From a virus (lineage: Duplodnaviria > Heunggongvirae > Uroviricota > Caudoviricetes): a stretch of DNA of 64,000 nt. The stretch is from IMG/VR virus record IMGVR_UViG_3300020057_001228, positions 1 through 64,000 of that record; one strand, written 5' to 3'. The notes beneath the pieces are model-generated. The model had not been told where the DNA came from and searched no databases. It worked only from the letters and a program-made list of their open reading frames with translations. The first letter of the stretch is position 1. Every line of letters starts with the position of its first letter. Below, in pieces: positions 43,286-53,678 of the stretch. The position numbers were made by a program, and so were the translations under genes.

Positions 43286-43320
43286 GAGCGGCAGGTGCTT
43301 GTTTCCTCCACCTGCCGCTC
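43286..43320. promoter_or_regulatory. perfect 12-bp inverted repeat GAGCGGCAGGTG...CACCTGCCGCTC just upstream of RHH gene RBS (operator or attenuator hairpin)
   Basis: Seen directly; followed by TTTCTATATC. Confidence 0.4.
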
Positions 43321-43344
43321 TTTCTATATCTGGAGAGTGCTAGT

Positions 43345-43668
43345 ATGAGACACGGACGCGTTCCTAAAGCTGCCAGTAAGACTTCCAAAACGAAAGACAG
43401 GAACCAGTTCAACTGCTACCTCACTGAAGAGTACGCAGATTACTTAAGATTCCTGTCTACGAAGAAGAATGTTTCGATCGGTGAGTTTATAGAGTCTCTC
43501 CTAGAGCTTTATAGGATGGACACTTTAAACCCAGTCATTTCCAGACTAACCGAGAGGCTTACTGCTGAGGATATACCTGAGAAGGTGATTAGCCAGCTAC
43601 CATTGCTAGCTAAGAGAGTAGAGTCGCTCATTAGCGCCAATGCTTCCCCCGCTTCTCCCAGTTGTTGA
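43345..43668 (+). CDS. putative ribbon-helix-helix (Arc/CopG-like) DNA-binding regulator
   Basis: NQFNCYLTEEYADYLRFLSTKKNVSIGEFIESLLELY has beta-strand then helix pattern of RHH; only plus-strand gene in first 53 kb. Confidence 0.4.
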   Translation: MRHGRVPKAASKTSKTKDRNQFNCYLTEEYADYLRFLSTKKNVSIGEFIESLLELYRMDTLNPVISRLTERLTAEDIPEKVISQLPLLAKRVESLISANASPASPSC

Positions 43669-43915
43669 GGTATCGCTGTTTGTTAGAGTACTTACTCCGA
43701 GCAGCCTCTTGAGCGGCTATTCTCTTCTGCCGTTCAGCTTCTTCTACGGCTTCCTTAGCTGCATGTAGCTGTTCGAAGGGTGCTATGCCTTTATAGCCGC
43801 ACCGCTTACATTTCCACCTGCCCCAACCTGGGAGTAGGCCTTGTCCACCACCAACGATAACCCACTCAAACTCAGGGCAGTTAGGGCACTCCAACAGATA
43901 CCTCCTGAACAGCAC
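43631..43915 (-). CDS. Zn-ribbon protein (CPNC...CKRC) with basic coiled-coil tail
   Basis: Two CxxC pairs. Confidence 0.45.
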   Translation of the reverse strand: MLFRRYLLECPNCPEFEWVIVGGGQGLLPGWGRWKCKRCGYKGIAPFEQLHAAKEAVEEAERQKRIAAQEAARSKYSNKQRYLNNWEKRGKHWR

Positions 43916-43962
43916 TATCTCGTACCACGAGTATAGTGTTGAGAGCGTTTAGAATCTACTTG

Positions 43963-44427
43963 TTAGTGGTGGACCTGAACGGAATAGAGCACCTTTCTAC
44001 TACTATCTGTGTAGTAGCTGTACTCTATCCACGTTCCGTCTCTCAACTGATGACGTACGACCACATCTCTATGGCCTACGTTGTCTAGTCGTTTGCTACT
44101 AGACGTGATCTTTACAGGCTTATCTGCTACCCAACCGAATGGATACTCAGACTGTCCTAGGTTCTTGTTGTAGATAGGATCGGTGTACGCGACCTCATCC
44201 ACTATCACATCAGAATCTAGTGGTGTCGAGATGCTGTACAGTACACCCATTGGGTAGTCCTTGTACGGACGTACTGTCCACACGTGACACATGTGGTTTT
44301 TGTCTGGAAGTATGTAATCCTCTGGAGCTGTTGACATCTTATCCCTGTATGTCCAGAGATCCACCTTGTTGAGAGCATTAGCCGCTGTACTGAACAGCAG
44401 GACTAGAAACATAACAAGGATACGCAT
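43963..44427 (-). CDS. secreted protein (154 aa; signal peptide MRILVMFLVLLFSTAANA)
   Basis: Signal-like N-terminus. Confidence 0.5.
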   Translation of the reverse strand: MRILVMFLVLLFSTAANALNKVDLWTYRDKMSTAPEDYILPDKNHMCHVWTVRPYKDYPMGVLYSISTPLDSDVIVDEVAYTDPIYNKNLGQSEYPFGWVADKPVKITSSSKRLDNVGHRDVVVRHQLRDGTWIEYSYYTDSSRKVLYSVQVHH

Positions 44428-44436
44428 AAACCCTCC

Positions 44437-47400
44437 TTACTGGTTTACTGTGCTGTTATCCACTGTGTCCCTTAGATTCGTATACGACAGGTCTCCATCT
44501 TCGCCGTCTGCAAAGGTGATGTTAGCCAAGTTGCCAGGCGAACCATCGATGTAGACTTCACTCCCATTTTGATCAACCAGTGAATTGACTTGAGTAAGAT
44601 CATCAGCCAGTCCTTCCATATATCCTGTAAGCATGTCGATTTGGCTCATAGCCCCCGCAGTGATATCTCCGAGTAGATCTTTAGCTTTCTTGGTAGCACC
44701 ACTACCCATCAACCTCTCAAGAGGCTTCTGTGCCAGTACGGCAGCGAAGGTGGAGGCAACTCCACCGACGACGGTCCTACTCCACACGTTCCTACTAGGT
44801 ATCCTTAGAGCAGCAGCAGCTACTCCTTCAGCCATGATACCAATACCCATAGAGGCAGCCATGATTCCAGCTGCGTGTAGCTGTTTGTCATGAGAGTTGT
44901 TTAGGAGCATACGAGTCATAGCCTGTGGTGAGTTCATAGCTATACCATAAGCAGCACCTTCCGCTATGTCTTCGTAACGTACCTTCTGGTGGTTGATAGC
45001 AGCTCCTAGAGCAGATCCTAAACCACCACCAAGTCCACCGATCATTACGTTCAGTGTGGTAGCACCTGATTGATTTCTAGGGTTATGAGGATCAGAACCG
45101 ATAGCCTTGTTCAACCTACCCTCTACCTTGTTCCAGAAGAAGTTAGTAGGATCGCCACTCCTGATCTCGAAGCGTCTCCGTAGGCCCTCTTCGATACCAG
45201 CAAAGTTCTGTAGTAGCTTCTCTAGCCCTGGCGCATCGTGGTCACCTGTTAAGGCGGTACCAGACTGTACACCAAAGACCATAGACTGCCGTGAGAGCTT
45301 ACGCCTCTGGTTATCACTTAGAGAGTTGTTAGCAGCATTCATCAGAGACTTCTCTGACATATCAGAGCTAGCACGCTGCTCAGCATACTTACTTAGCATG
45401 GTGCCTAGACCAGAGTTAGGATCCATAGCATTCATAGCAGCTTCTAGAGCAGGCATGGTGTGCTTGTCTGCCACCGCACGCTCTAGCAGGCTCTCTAGGA
45501 CTACTACGAGCTCCTTAGGGTGTTGTGCTAGATGAGGACGACCTGCTAGCTCCATGAGAGCTGTAGACTGTACAGATAAATCGAAGTGACTATTGTTCTC
45601 TATTGAGAACCTACCACCAGGACCTACCGTACCAGCGTGCTCACGAACACTCTCAAGGTACTGCTTCTTCTTACCCTGCACCTCAATGAATCTGTCTAGA
45701 ACAGCGAAGTCACCATCATCTACAGAGAACAGCTCGGTTAGTCTGTTCTGGAAAGCCTTCTGCATCTTGTACTCAAGAGAGCTGATCCTACCGCCACCCT
45801 GCTTTTTAGCTGTAAGGTCAGGAACACCAGTCTCTTCATGTACGAACATAGCAGTGGCGTGCTGGTGTACGAACTCAGTGAACCCCAGGTACATGCTGCT
45901 ATTCTTACCCATGGTCTTCTTGAGCTCAGCAAAGGTAGTGAACCTATCTGCTGTACCAAGCTTGGACTCATCAAGGGTCTTACGGAAGTCCATGGCGATA
46001 TCGTCAGCAATGATCGTGTTCTCTAGAGTATGGAGATCGATCTTCTGACCCTTACCAAACTTCTTGTTCAGCATGGCATCCATGTTGTATTCGCTGAACT
46101 CTTTAGCAGCTACTAAGGTGAAGCGCTTCTGAGCTTCCTTCATACCGTTGTGGCTTAGCTGACGACGTTTCTCAGCGTCTGGGTAGCTCTCGTGCTTATC
46201 TCCGTGCAAAGTATCATCTAACACATCTCCGATAAGATTACGTAGCACACCATCGACTGGCATGTTGTCACTGATCATCGCGTGTAGGTAGGAAGCAGTC
46301 TTGGCACCAGTGATGTTAGCCATAGCTGCCTTAGCACCACTACCACCGTGATCTTTAGAGAGTGCACCTAGCTGAGCTACAGTGCTGATACCCTTAGGTT
46401 TCATAGCGTCACGAGGCATCTGCGCTAGGGTCTTGATGAACCAGGAGAACTTCTCCTTCTTAGTTAATCCACCTTCGTTACGTACCTTCTTTGACCCATC
46501 AAAGTAGGTCATACGGTACTTATCATCATCTAGCCCACTCAGCACGTTAGTCATCGTCATCATGTCGTATGACACGTTGAATGCTTTACCGATGATCTCA
46601 GTACCAGCTACACCTACGTACTCCTGCATGAACCGGAAGTGCTCTTTGTTAAGAGCTACAGGGTTGGATACGTTCTGAGTAAGCCCACTTAGGGCCCTGT
46701 CAGTAACAGTTCTGGAGATATCCATGTGCATCTTACGACGTGCTTCTGGAGAGACGTCCTTAATCTTGTTTGTGCTAGTCTTATCCTCGTGAGCCTTAAC
46801 CTCAGCTAGATAGTCCATGAAGTAGCCAGCACTACCGTCGTAGAGCTCACGTACCTGTTGGATTACATGTTGAGATCTGTATAGGATGTCAGCCTGCTCT
46901 GTAGTGTTCTTATCAGCAATAGCTTTATCGAACGCCATGCTCAAACCAGGTACTGAGGCGTACTTCTCAGCGGAACGGACTAGCAGACGACCATTGTTAG
47001 CATCAGCTACAAACTGGTGCATAGTGTGGTACTGCTTATCAATTCCGTCAGCACTGTAGTTCTTGAGGAAGTTGATATCCTGTTGAGTTAGGCCAACAGG
47101 TACGTTCTTACCAGTGGCCCTAAGAGCAGCATTCTTCTTCACACGCTCTCTCAGAGCCTCACGTGTGCGCTTCTTACCCTTTAGAGCTGTGTACTTACCA
47201 ACATCTAGGAAGGACGCTTGGTCTCCATCCCAGTCTCCAAGAGACATAGCCATAGCTGTCATGCTGGTCAGGATGATCGACTGGTTATCTTTGCCAGATA
47301 AGGTTATGTCACTCAGCTTGTTGAGATCCTTCAACATCCCGTACTCTTTCATGTTGAGTACTAGAGATGGAGCATACTCAGAACCTAGAGGAGCACCAGC

Positions 47401-50400
47401 ACGACCACCGTAGCTAAGCATGCCACCAGGACCAGTTATAGCCAGGTCAGCCATAACACTCTTAGCAGTCTGGTAGATATGTAGGTCGCTTACACCTTTA
47501 GTCTTACGCCTACCCTTAGGATCGTCTTTGAGCTTACGGCTCAACTTCTCCATCAAGGTGTCCATCGCCTCGTTGAGGCGGCCTTCCTTAATAGTAGAGA
47601 AATCTAGATCCTTCTGGGTTAACTTACCGTTCTCATCAGTTACCCATACGTTCTTAGCACCCTCATCATAGCGGTCTGTAACCTGCTTGAAGATACTACG
47701 TACGTGCTTATCTAGAGCTCCACGGAGAGATGTCTCATCCATGTAGACTAAGTCAGACCTGAGGACAGGCTTGTTCTTTACAGTGTCCCGCTGCCCTGTA
47801 CGTCTTAGCTTCTTGTACTCAGCTTTAGATATCGGCTTAAAGTCACCGTTATCCATGTAGACACCCTGTTGGTGATCGGCAACGCTCATGTAGAGCTTGC
47901 TGATGTCATCACTGATACCAACAGTCTCATAGAACAGATTGTCTACACCCTTGGCAAAATCCTTGCTACCAGGTAGAGCTTTATCTACACGCTTGGTGTA
48001 CTCCTGACGTACGTGATCGTAGAGGAACCGTTTGGTATCACGGACCTTCTTGTTGAAGACTGAGTCCCCGTATACAGCCATACCCATAGGAACGGCCATG
48101 TCTGTGACGGCCGTGACGGTGCTACCGGTAGACTTAAAGACACCATATAGAGCAGACACATAGTCGTTGCTTAGGTTGCTACTGTACCAGTCGTAGATCT
48201 TTTGAGTAGCATCAAGTAGGTAAGACAACTGCTTACCAGCTCTATCGGTGATACTAAGCTTCTTACCTTGCTCAGCAGCAGTAGATATATCCTGGAAGAG
48301 GCCAACTTCATCTGCCTGAATACTTAATACCCTCTGGAAGCTCTGTACGATATCAGCACCAGCACCACTACCACTCATTGCCTTCATAACATCGAAGTCA
48401 GGCATAGGGATCTTCACACCACCCACAAGTTCGACACTCATGCCGGAACCCTGAGGAGTGATGTTCAGCTCAGGCAGGAAGATGGTCTGTGCGCCTATAC
48501 CAGCCTTCTCAAGGGCTGTTAGGAACGCTGGAGTATCAAGTGTACGGAGATCACCTGTACCCACCGTTACGGTCTTACCAGAGGCTCTCTTATCCCTGAG
48601 AGTCTGGGCGATGTTACTACTATCCTTGATGAGAGCTAAGCTCTTTACCTCAGTAGCTTTAGTAAGGCTATCAACACCTGTCTTAAATCCCTTTTCGAGT
48701 CTTGCTCTACGATCCACATCTGTTACTAACTTAATCTTGTCCCATTTACCCTGCAGGGATAGGATACGATCTGCCGTACCTTCGTGAAGCTCGTGCAGCT
48801 GTTTCGCCAGGGAGCCCACTTCAGACTCCAGCCCTAGTTCTGCTATAGATGCAATCATCGCAGCACTGATGGTACCAAAGGCGCTGATACCCTGTTTACG
48901 TCCACCAACCTCACCAAAGCCCGTGGTGAACAGAGATGCAAGGTGAAGCTGACTCTGCTGAGACTTGTTCATACCATCGAACATGATACCGAACTGGTGC
49001 TGGTTCTCGGAGAAGTTCATGTAGGTCAGGAACTTAACCTCAGGCCTACGTGAGAGCACGGTGGTATTCGTATTCATAGCGTTAGGTGCAAACGTAGGGA
49101 TCATGAACTTCTCTTTCGAGATTAGGTCCATCATCTTCTTAGTCTGCGCATCGTCCAAGTCACCAGCCTGGATCTGCTTCTTATGCTCATGCATAAAGAC
49201 GGAGATCTCGTTAGACTGCGTGTCTACGGGTCCCTTTACGTGCGCATCCCAATTAGCCATACGGTGCTCAAGCTGAGAACTCATATGGAACTGTTCCCAC
49301 AGATACCAAGCCATCAAGGAAGCTGCTTGGTGTTTTACGTTACCAACGTTAAGAGCCTTACGACCCTTCATGTTGCTAAGGTCAGTCTCTACGCTCTCGA
49401 ACAACTTCTTGATCTTAGCGTGTGCGTTCTCTCCACTGCTAGCAATGTTGTGGATTAGATCCCTAGCCATCTCCTTACTACCGTAGTTACCCTTGTGAGC
49501 ATCTTCACCCAGCTCTGTGTAACCACCTTCCTTCTTCTCTTGAAAGTCCTTCATCACACGCTCTAGGAATAGATCTGATCCACCCATCCTCTCAATACCT
49601 GTCCACATCTTCTGTAGGAAGCTTGTAGAAGGATTAGCGGTCATCAATAGGCCAGCACCTGTCTGCATAAGCAGATCACCGTGCTTGATGTTCGACTTGT
49701 TAACGATAGTGTGGAAAGACTCAGCACTAACACTACCCATACCCATGTAGCTCTTCATGGCTTCTGTGGAATCAGTGTTCATCAGGTAAGACTTATTAAC
49801 GGCAGCTGCGAAGCTAGCACCAGTCTCAATGAGGTGCACACCTTTTGTGGTCATGCTCCTCATACCACCCTCGGTGGGAGATGCTACCTTAAGGGCTACG
49901 TTTACGATGTACTTACGTGGATCAGCAGCACTACGTATAAGCTCAGGTGCTCTAGAGATCTGAGAGAACCCACCGGATGCAGTAAAGGACCAGGCAGGGT
50001 TATCAATGACCAGATTAACCTTGCGCTTACCGAACCTGCTGTGGATCTCTGCTTCACCTAGATCGATCTTCTCAGAAAGGATCTTGGTCCCTTCCTCATG
50101 CAGCTTCTGTAGAGCTTCGATAGACCTAAGGTCATGGTTCTTAGCATCTAGCTGGAAGGATACTACCTGCTCACGTACCTGGAAGACGCCATCGTATGCC
50201 GCTGCGTTAGCCCTGATAATATCGTGGTTAACACCTGAGCCAATCTCCAATAGAGACATCGTCTTGTACATCTTGATAGCTGGGTCCTCAAGTAGGTTAC
50301 CCATCTTATCGAATGCATCCTGTGTCTGCATTGGAGCATAGTACAGCTCAGAGTCTACAAGACTACCAGTGCCCTTCTTAGCACCCTCAATCCAGGTAGC

Positions 50401-53238
50401 CTGATCCCAGATGCTAGAACCGAAGACGTTCTTCAAACGCTGAGAGGTCTGCCACAACTTACCAAACGGTGTGAAGAACGTGAAGTCTTCTCTACCATCC
50501 TCACTCACAGTGGTCATGGTTGTGTTTCTGAAGGCTTGAGACCTGTACTGTTGACCTACCTGACGTCCCTTCTGATAGCCCTTACCAGTATCCTGGAAGC
50601 TGTAGTCGTCTACCTCGTAGTTGTTGTTCCTGAAGGCGATCTTAGCCTGTCTCTCAGGACGTAGGATATCGAATGGATCCTTGGTCTTCTCGTATACCTG
50701 GTACTGGTGATCCTTACCTGCGTAGGCGTGCCTACCAAGATCGGACCCCTCAAAGGTACCCATAATGTCACGTAGGAATTCCATACCTCTACGCTTCATA
50801 AGATACTTCGTGGAAGTACGGGACATCATCTCTTCGATACGAGTCTCAATCTGAGATTCGGTAGGAGGCTTGCTGAGAGCCATGTTGAGCTCTACGATAG
50901 CTTTGGAACGGAGTTCTTCTCCGATTACCTTCTCGGCTATAAACTCATGTGTGAGCTTCATAGCGCTACCGATTACTTGTTCGTAGCCAATGTGCTCACT
51001 ACTCCTATAGGCACCGTCTTGACGAGTTAAAGCTGTGACTCCACGAATAGTCTTCTGGAACGCAGGTAGGTAGACACTGGTCTCACCTGGCTGGTGGAAC
51101 ATCTCGAATGTTACGAGGTTCTCAACAGCAGTACCCTTGAACCTAGCTCCAATGGAAGCTACGCTTGAGTAACCACCTGTACCCTTGCTGATCTTAGCGT
51201 GTAGCCCAGCAGCGTTTAGCCTATCAGATACACCAGACAATGCCTTCAGTGTTGAGTCTAGTAGACCCCACCTGGCTAGTACTGGAGTGCTGTACAGAGA
51301 GATGTTCTTATCCATCATGTTCTCTGTTGTAGCAGCAGCCATTACACTGTGCTGGCCTAAACCATACTGACGTTCAATCAGCTTGTAGGAATCATGCAGA
51401 TCAGGGATATCATCCGAGGTAGCCATGAAGGCACCCTCTCGGTTCCTACGTGCATCATCCATTGCAGCAGAACGATCAGACGCATTGGCAGAACCAATGA
51501 TTTGTGTCATACGTCCACCAGAGTCCTGATGGAAGAAGCCCTTGGCGTGCTGGAACCGACCGAAGGTATCAGCTAGTCTGATGTTTTTACCTAGGCCGAG
51601 GATCTCTGTCATGGCTGCTAAGTCGCGACCAGTTCCCTTCAGGTCACGCATCACACCACCTTCGTTCTTATCGAAGTAGGCTTTGAAGTCTGCGTTGTTG
51701 GACCAGTTCTTAGTCTCCATACCCTCCATGAGTAGTGTGATCTCACCACCCTGGTTAGCAAAGCCCTTCATCTGGCTTAGAAGCCTATCGAAGGTGCTTG
51801 TACCACCATTGCTGGTTGATACGTTGATTAACGCAGTCATACGATGGCCTGTGAGGTCACCTGTCTGCTGGAGGATCTTACCGACCTCCTTGTACATATC
51901 CATACCATCCATGAAGAAGCCAGCTCCCTGGCTCCTAGTCAGTCTGGAGGTACCTGTAGGATCGTGCATGTAGCTACTGAAAGCCCTAGCACCATCTACC
52001 ATGCGCTTGAAGATGGCTTCTCTCTGTTGGAGCTGACTACCACCTGCAGCCCGTCTCCACTTAGAGTCAGGGTCTAATCCACGGGTAACGATAGTATCGT
52101 AGTCTGCATACTGGGTAAGCTCGATGTTACCCAAGCTGCTAGCGTACACACCATCACGCATAACAGGACCAAGAGCACCCATGGTGACGTTGGCTGTAGA
52201 CATGAGGAAGGCAGCATTACGCCAGTTGCTAGAGCTCGATAGGTTAGCACCAATGAACTTGTAGTGAGCAATCTGCGAGAAGGTATCTTCGCTGTTACCG
52301 AAGTTGTGTGAGTCCCCAGGTGTAAACCAATCTAGGTTAACGTTGTTCAGGCTGCCATTGGTAGAACGTATAGGACTAAATGCACCCTTAGCCTCAGGTA
52401 GGTTAGCAGCGCCAGTCCTTAGGTTGTTAGCTACGTTCCTACCAAACTCACGTAGGGTAGCCATAGTTAACGCATTACGTGTAGCAATGGACGTAGGTGC
52501 GCTCAGGGTCATATTGACATGACCACCAGCTTCCATAACCCTACGTTGGGCTAGCATAGTCTCAGCTAAGATACTGGTGTTCTCAAATTGGAACATACCG
52601 ATATCTAGACTGCTAGTTGCCTTCTGTAAGACCTTAACAAACAGTGAAGCATGATCATGGGATGCCAGAGACGTTACCATCTCAGGTACTCGTAGACCCT
52701 TACCACCTGTAAGAATCTCGTATTCCCTGAACGACGTCATAGTTGTGTGCATCAAGCTGTTGGTAACGAACTCGTGGTTCCAGCCTTCAAGACGGTTCAG
52801 ATCCTTCCAGTTGGCGTCTGGCGTGCCCACCAAGGTGTGTCTGATAGCATTTAGGACAGTATCCACCTGCCTACCCATTTCAGTGGGTCTTAAGGAGGTG
52901 CCAAGGTCAAACTGTTTTGGTTCTAGACCGGACTTAATCCTGCGTAGGCTATCTGCACGTGTACCAGTAGTATTGATGAGAGCATCCATGATCCCATCAG
53001 TCTTAGTCATCTGACCAAGGGTGTGGAATGGATCAATAGAGTGCTGCTGCTGTAGATCGTTAAAGATACTCAGGGTGCGAGAATCACGCTCAGCAGTGTT
53101 ATCAGCTGCCTGGTGTGTCTCTGCTAAACTATCATCAGCGTTACGTGGTTGTAGTAAACCAAAGAACGGTTTGAGCCTAGCGGACTCCAAAGCATTCTTG
53201 GTGTTCGCCGTCAATCTTTGTAGATCAAAACTATCCAC
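44437..53238 (-). CDS. giant 2933-aa protein, putative virion-associated two-barrel (DPBB) RNA polymerase-like protein
   Basis: YAPSLVLN...[30 protein letters not shown] (DWDGD at 47221-47235, aa about 2002) parallels beta-prime RAPTLH...GKAIQLHP...[20 protein letters not shown] (about aa 559, nt 51536-51565) resembles beta GRHGNKGV; gene abuts virion module. Confidence 0.4.
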   Translation of the reverse strand: [2933 protein letters not shown]

Positions 53239-53333
53239 TCAAGCATCTCCAGCTGGTATATGTGTGTTGCATTACTATCTAACCATATGTATAGTATTGA
53301 CTGAGCGCAAGCTAGTATTTCTGAGGAGATCGT

Positions 53334-53678
53334 ATGAGCTATACATTAGGCCTCCCGAGTGGTATGGAAGTCCAGTTCCGTACACCTAGGAACAAAGATC
53401 GCAAGTATGTAATCGAGAATTTCATTGCAGACAACAAGAACAAGGGTAGCAGCGATATTGAATTGCTAGCTGCTGTCTGCCTTGAGACAGTAAATGGTGC
53501 TGCACCTGGGGATCCTGATCCTCGTCGTCGTATGGACCAGTGGGACCTTAAGGACATGCAGTTCTATCAGGGTGTATTCCTTGAGATGTTCACCATCAGT
53601 GGTGAGGATGAGCTGGATAAGATTAAGGACACAGCAAAAAAGTTGCTGGAGGGCGGGACCGCGAACTCGAAAGAGTAA
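53334..53678 (+). CDS. hypothetical protein (114 aa), first plus-strand gene of late module
   Basis: Clean ORF. Confidence 0.45.
   Translation: MSYTLGLPSGMEVQFRTPRNKDRKYVIENFIADNKNKGSSDIELLAAVCLETVNGAAPGDPDPRRRMDQWDLKDMQFYQGVFLEMFTISGEDELDKIKDTAKKLLEGGTANSKE

Noticed and set aside
44437-53238. N4-like T7-family virion RNA polymerase
   Set aside because: No T7-like motif A/B/C signatures (for example D..DGxxSG, RxxxK, HDS) found by eye. The conserved-looking catalytic stretch is DxDGDQ in a beta-prime-like context, so the two-barrel interpretation is preferred, though still unproven.
53239-53335. Sigma70-like promoter for the rightward virion module (TTGACT...TATTTC)
   Set aside because: Spacing and -10 match are poor; divergent promoter region is plausible but no confident element could be pinned down.
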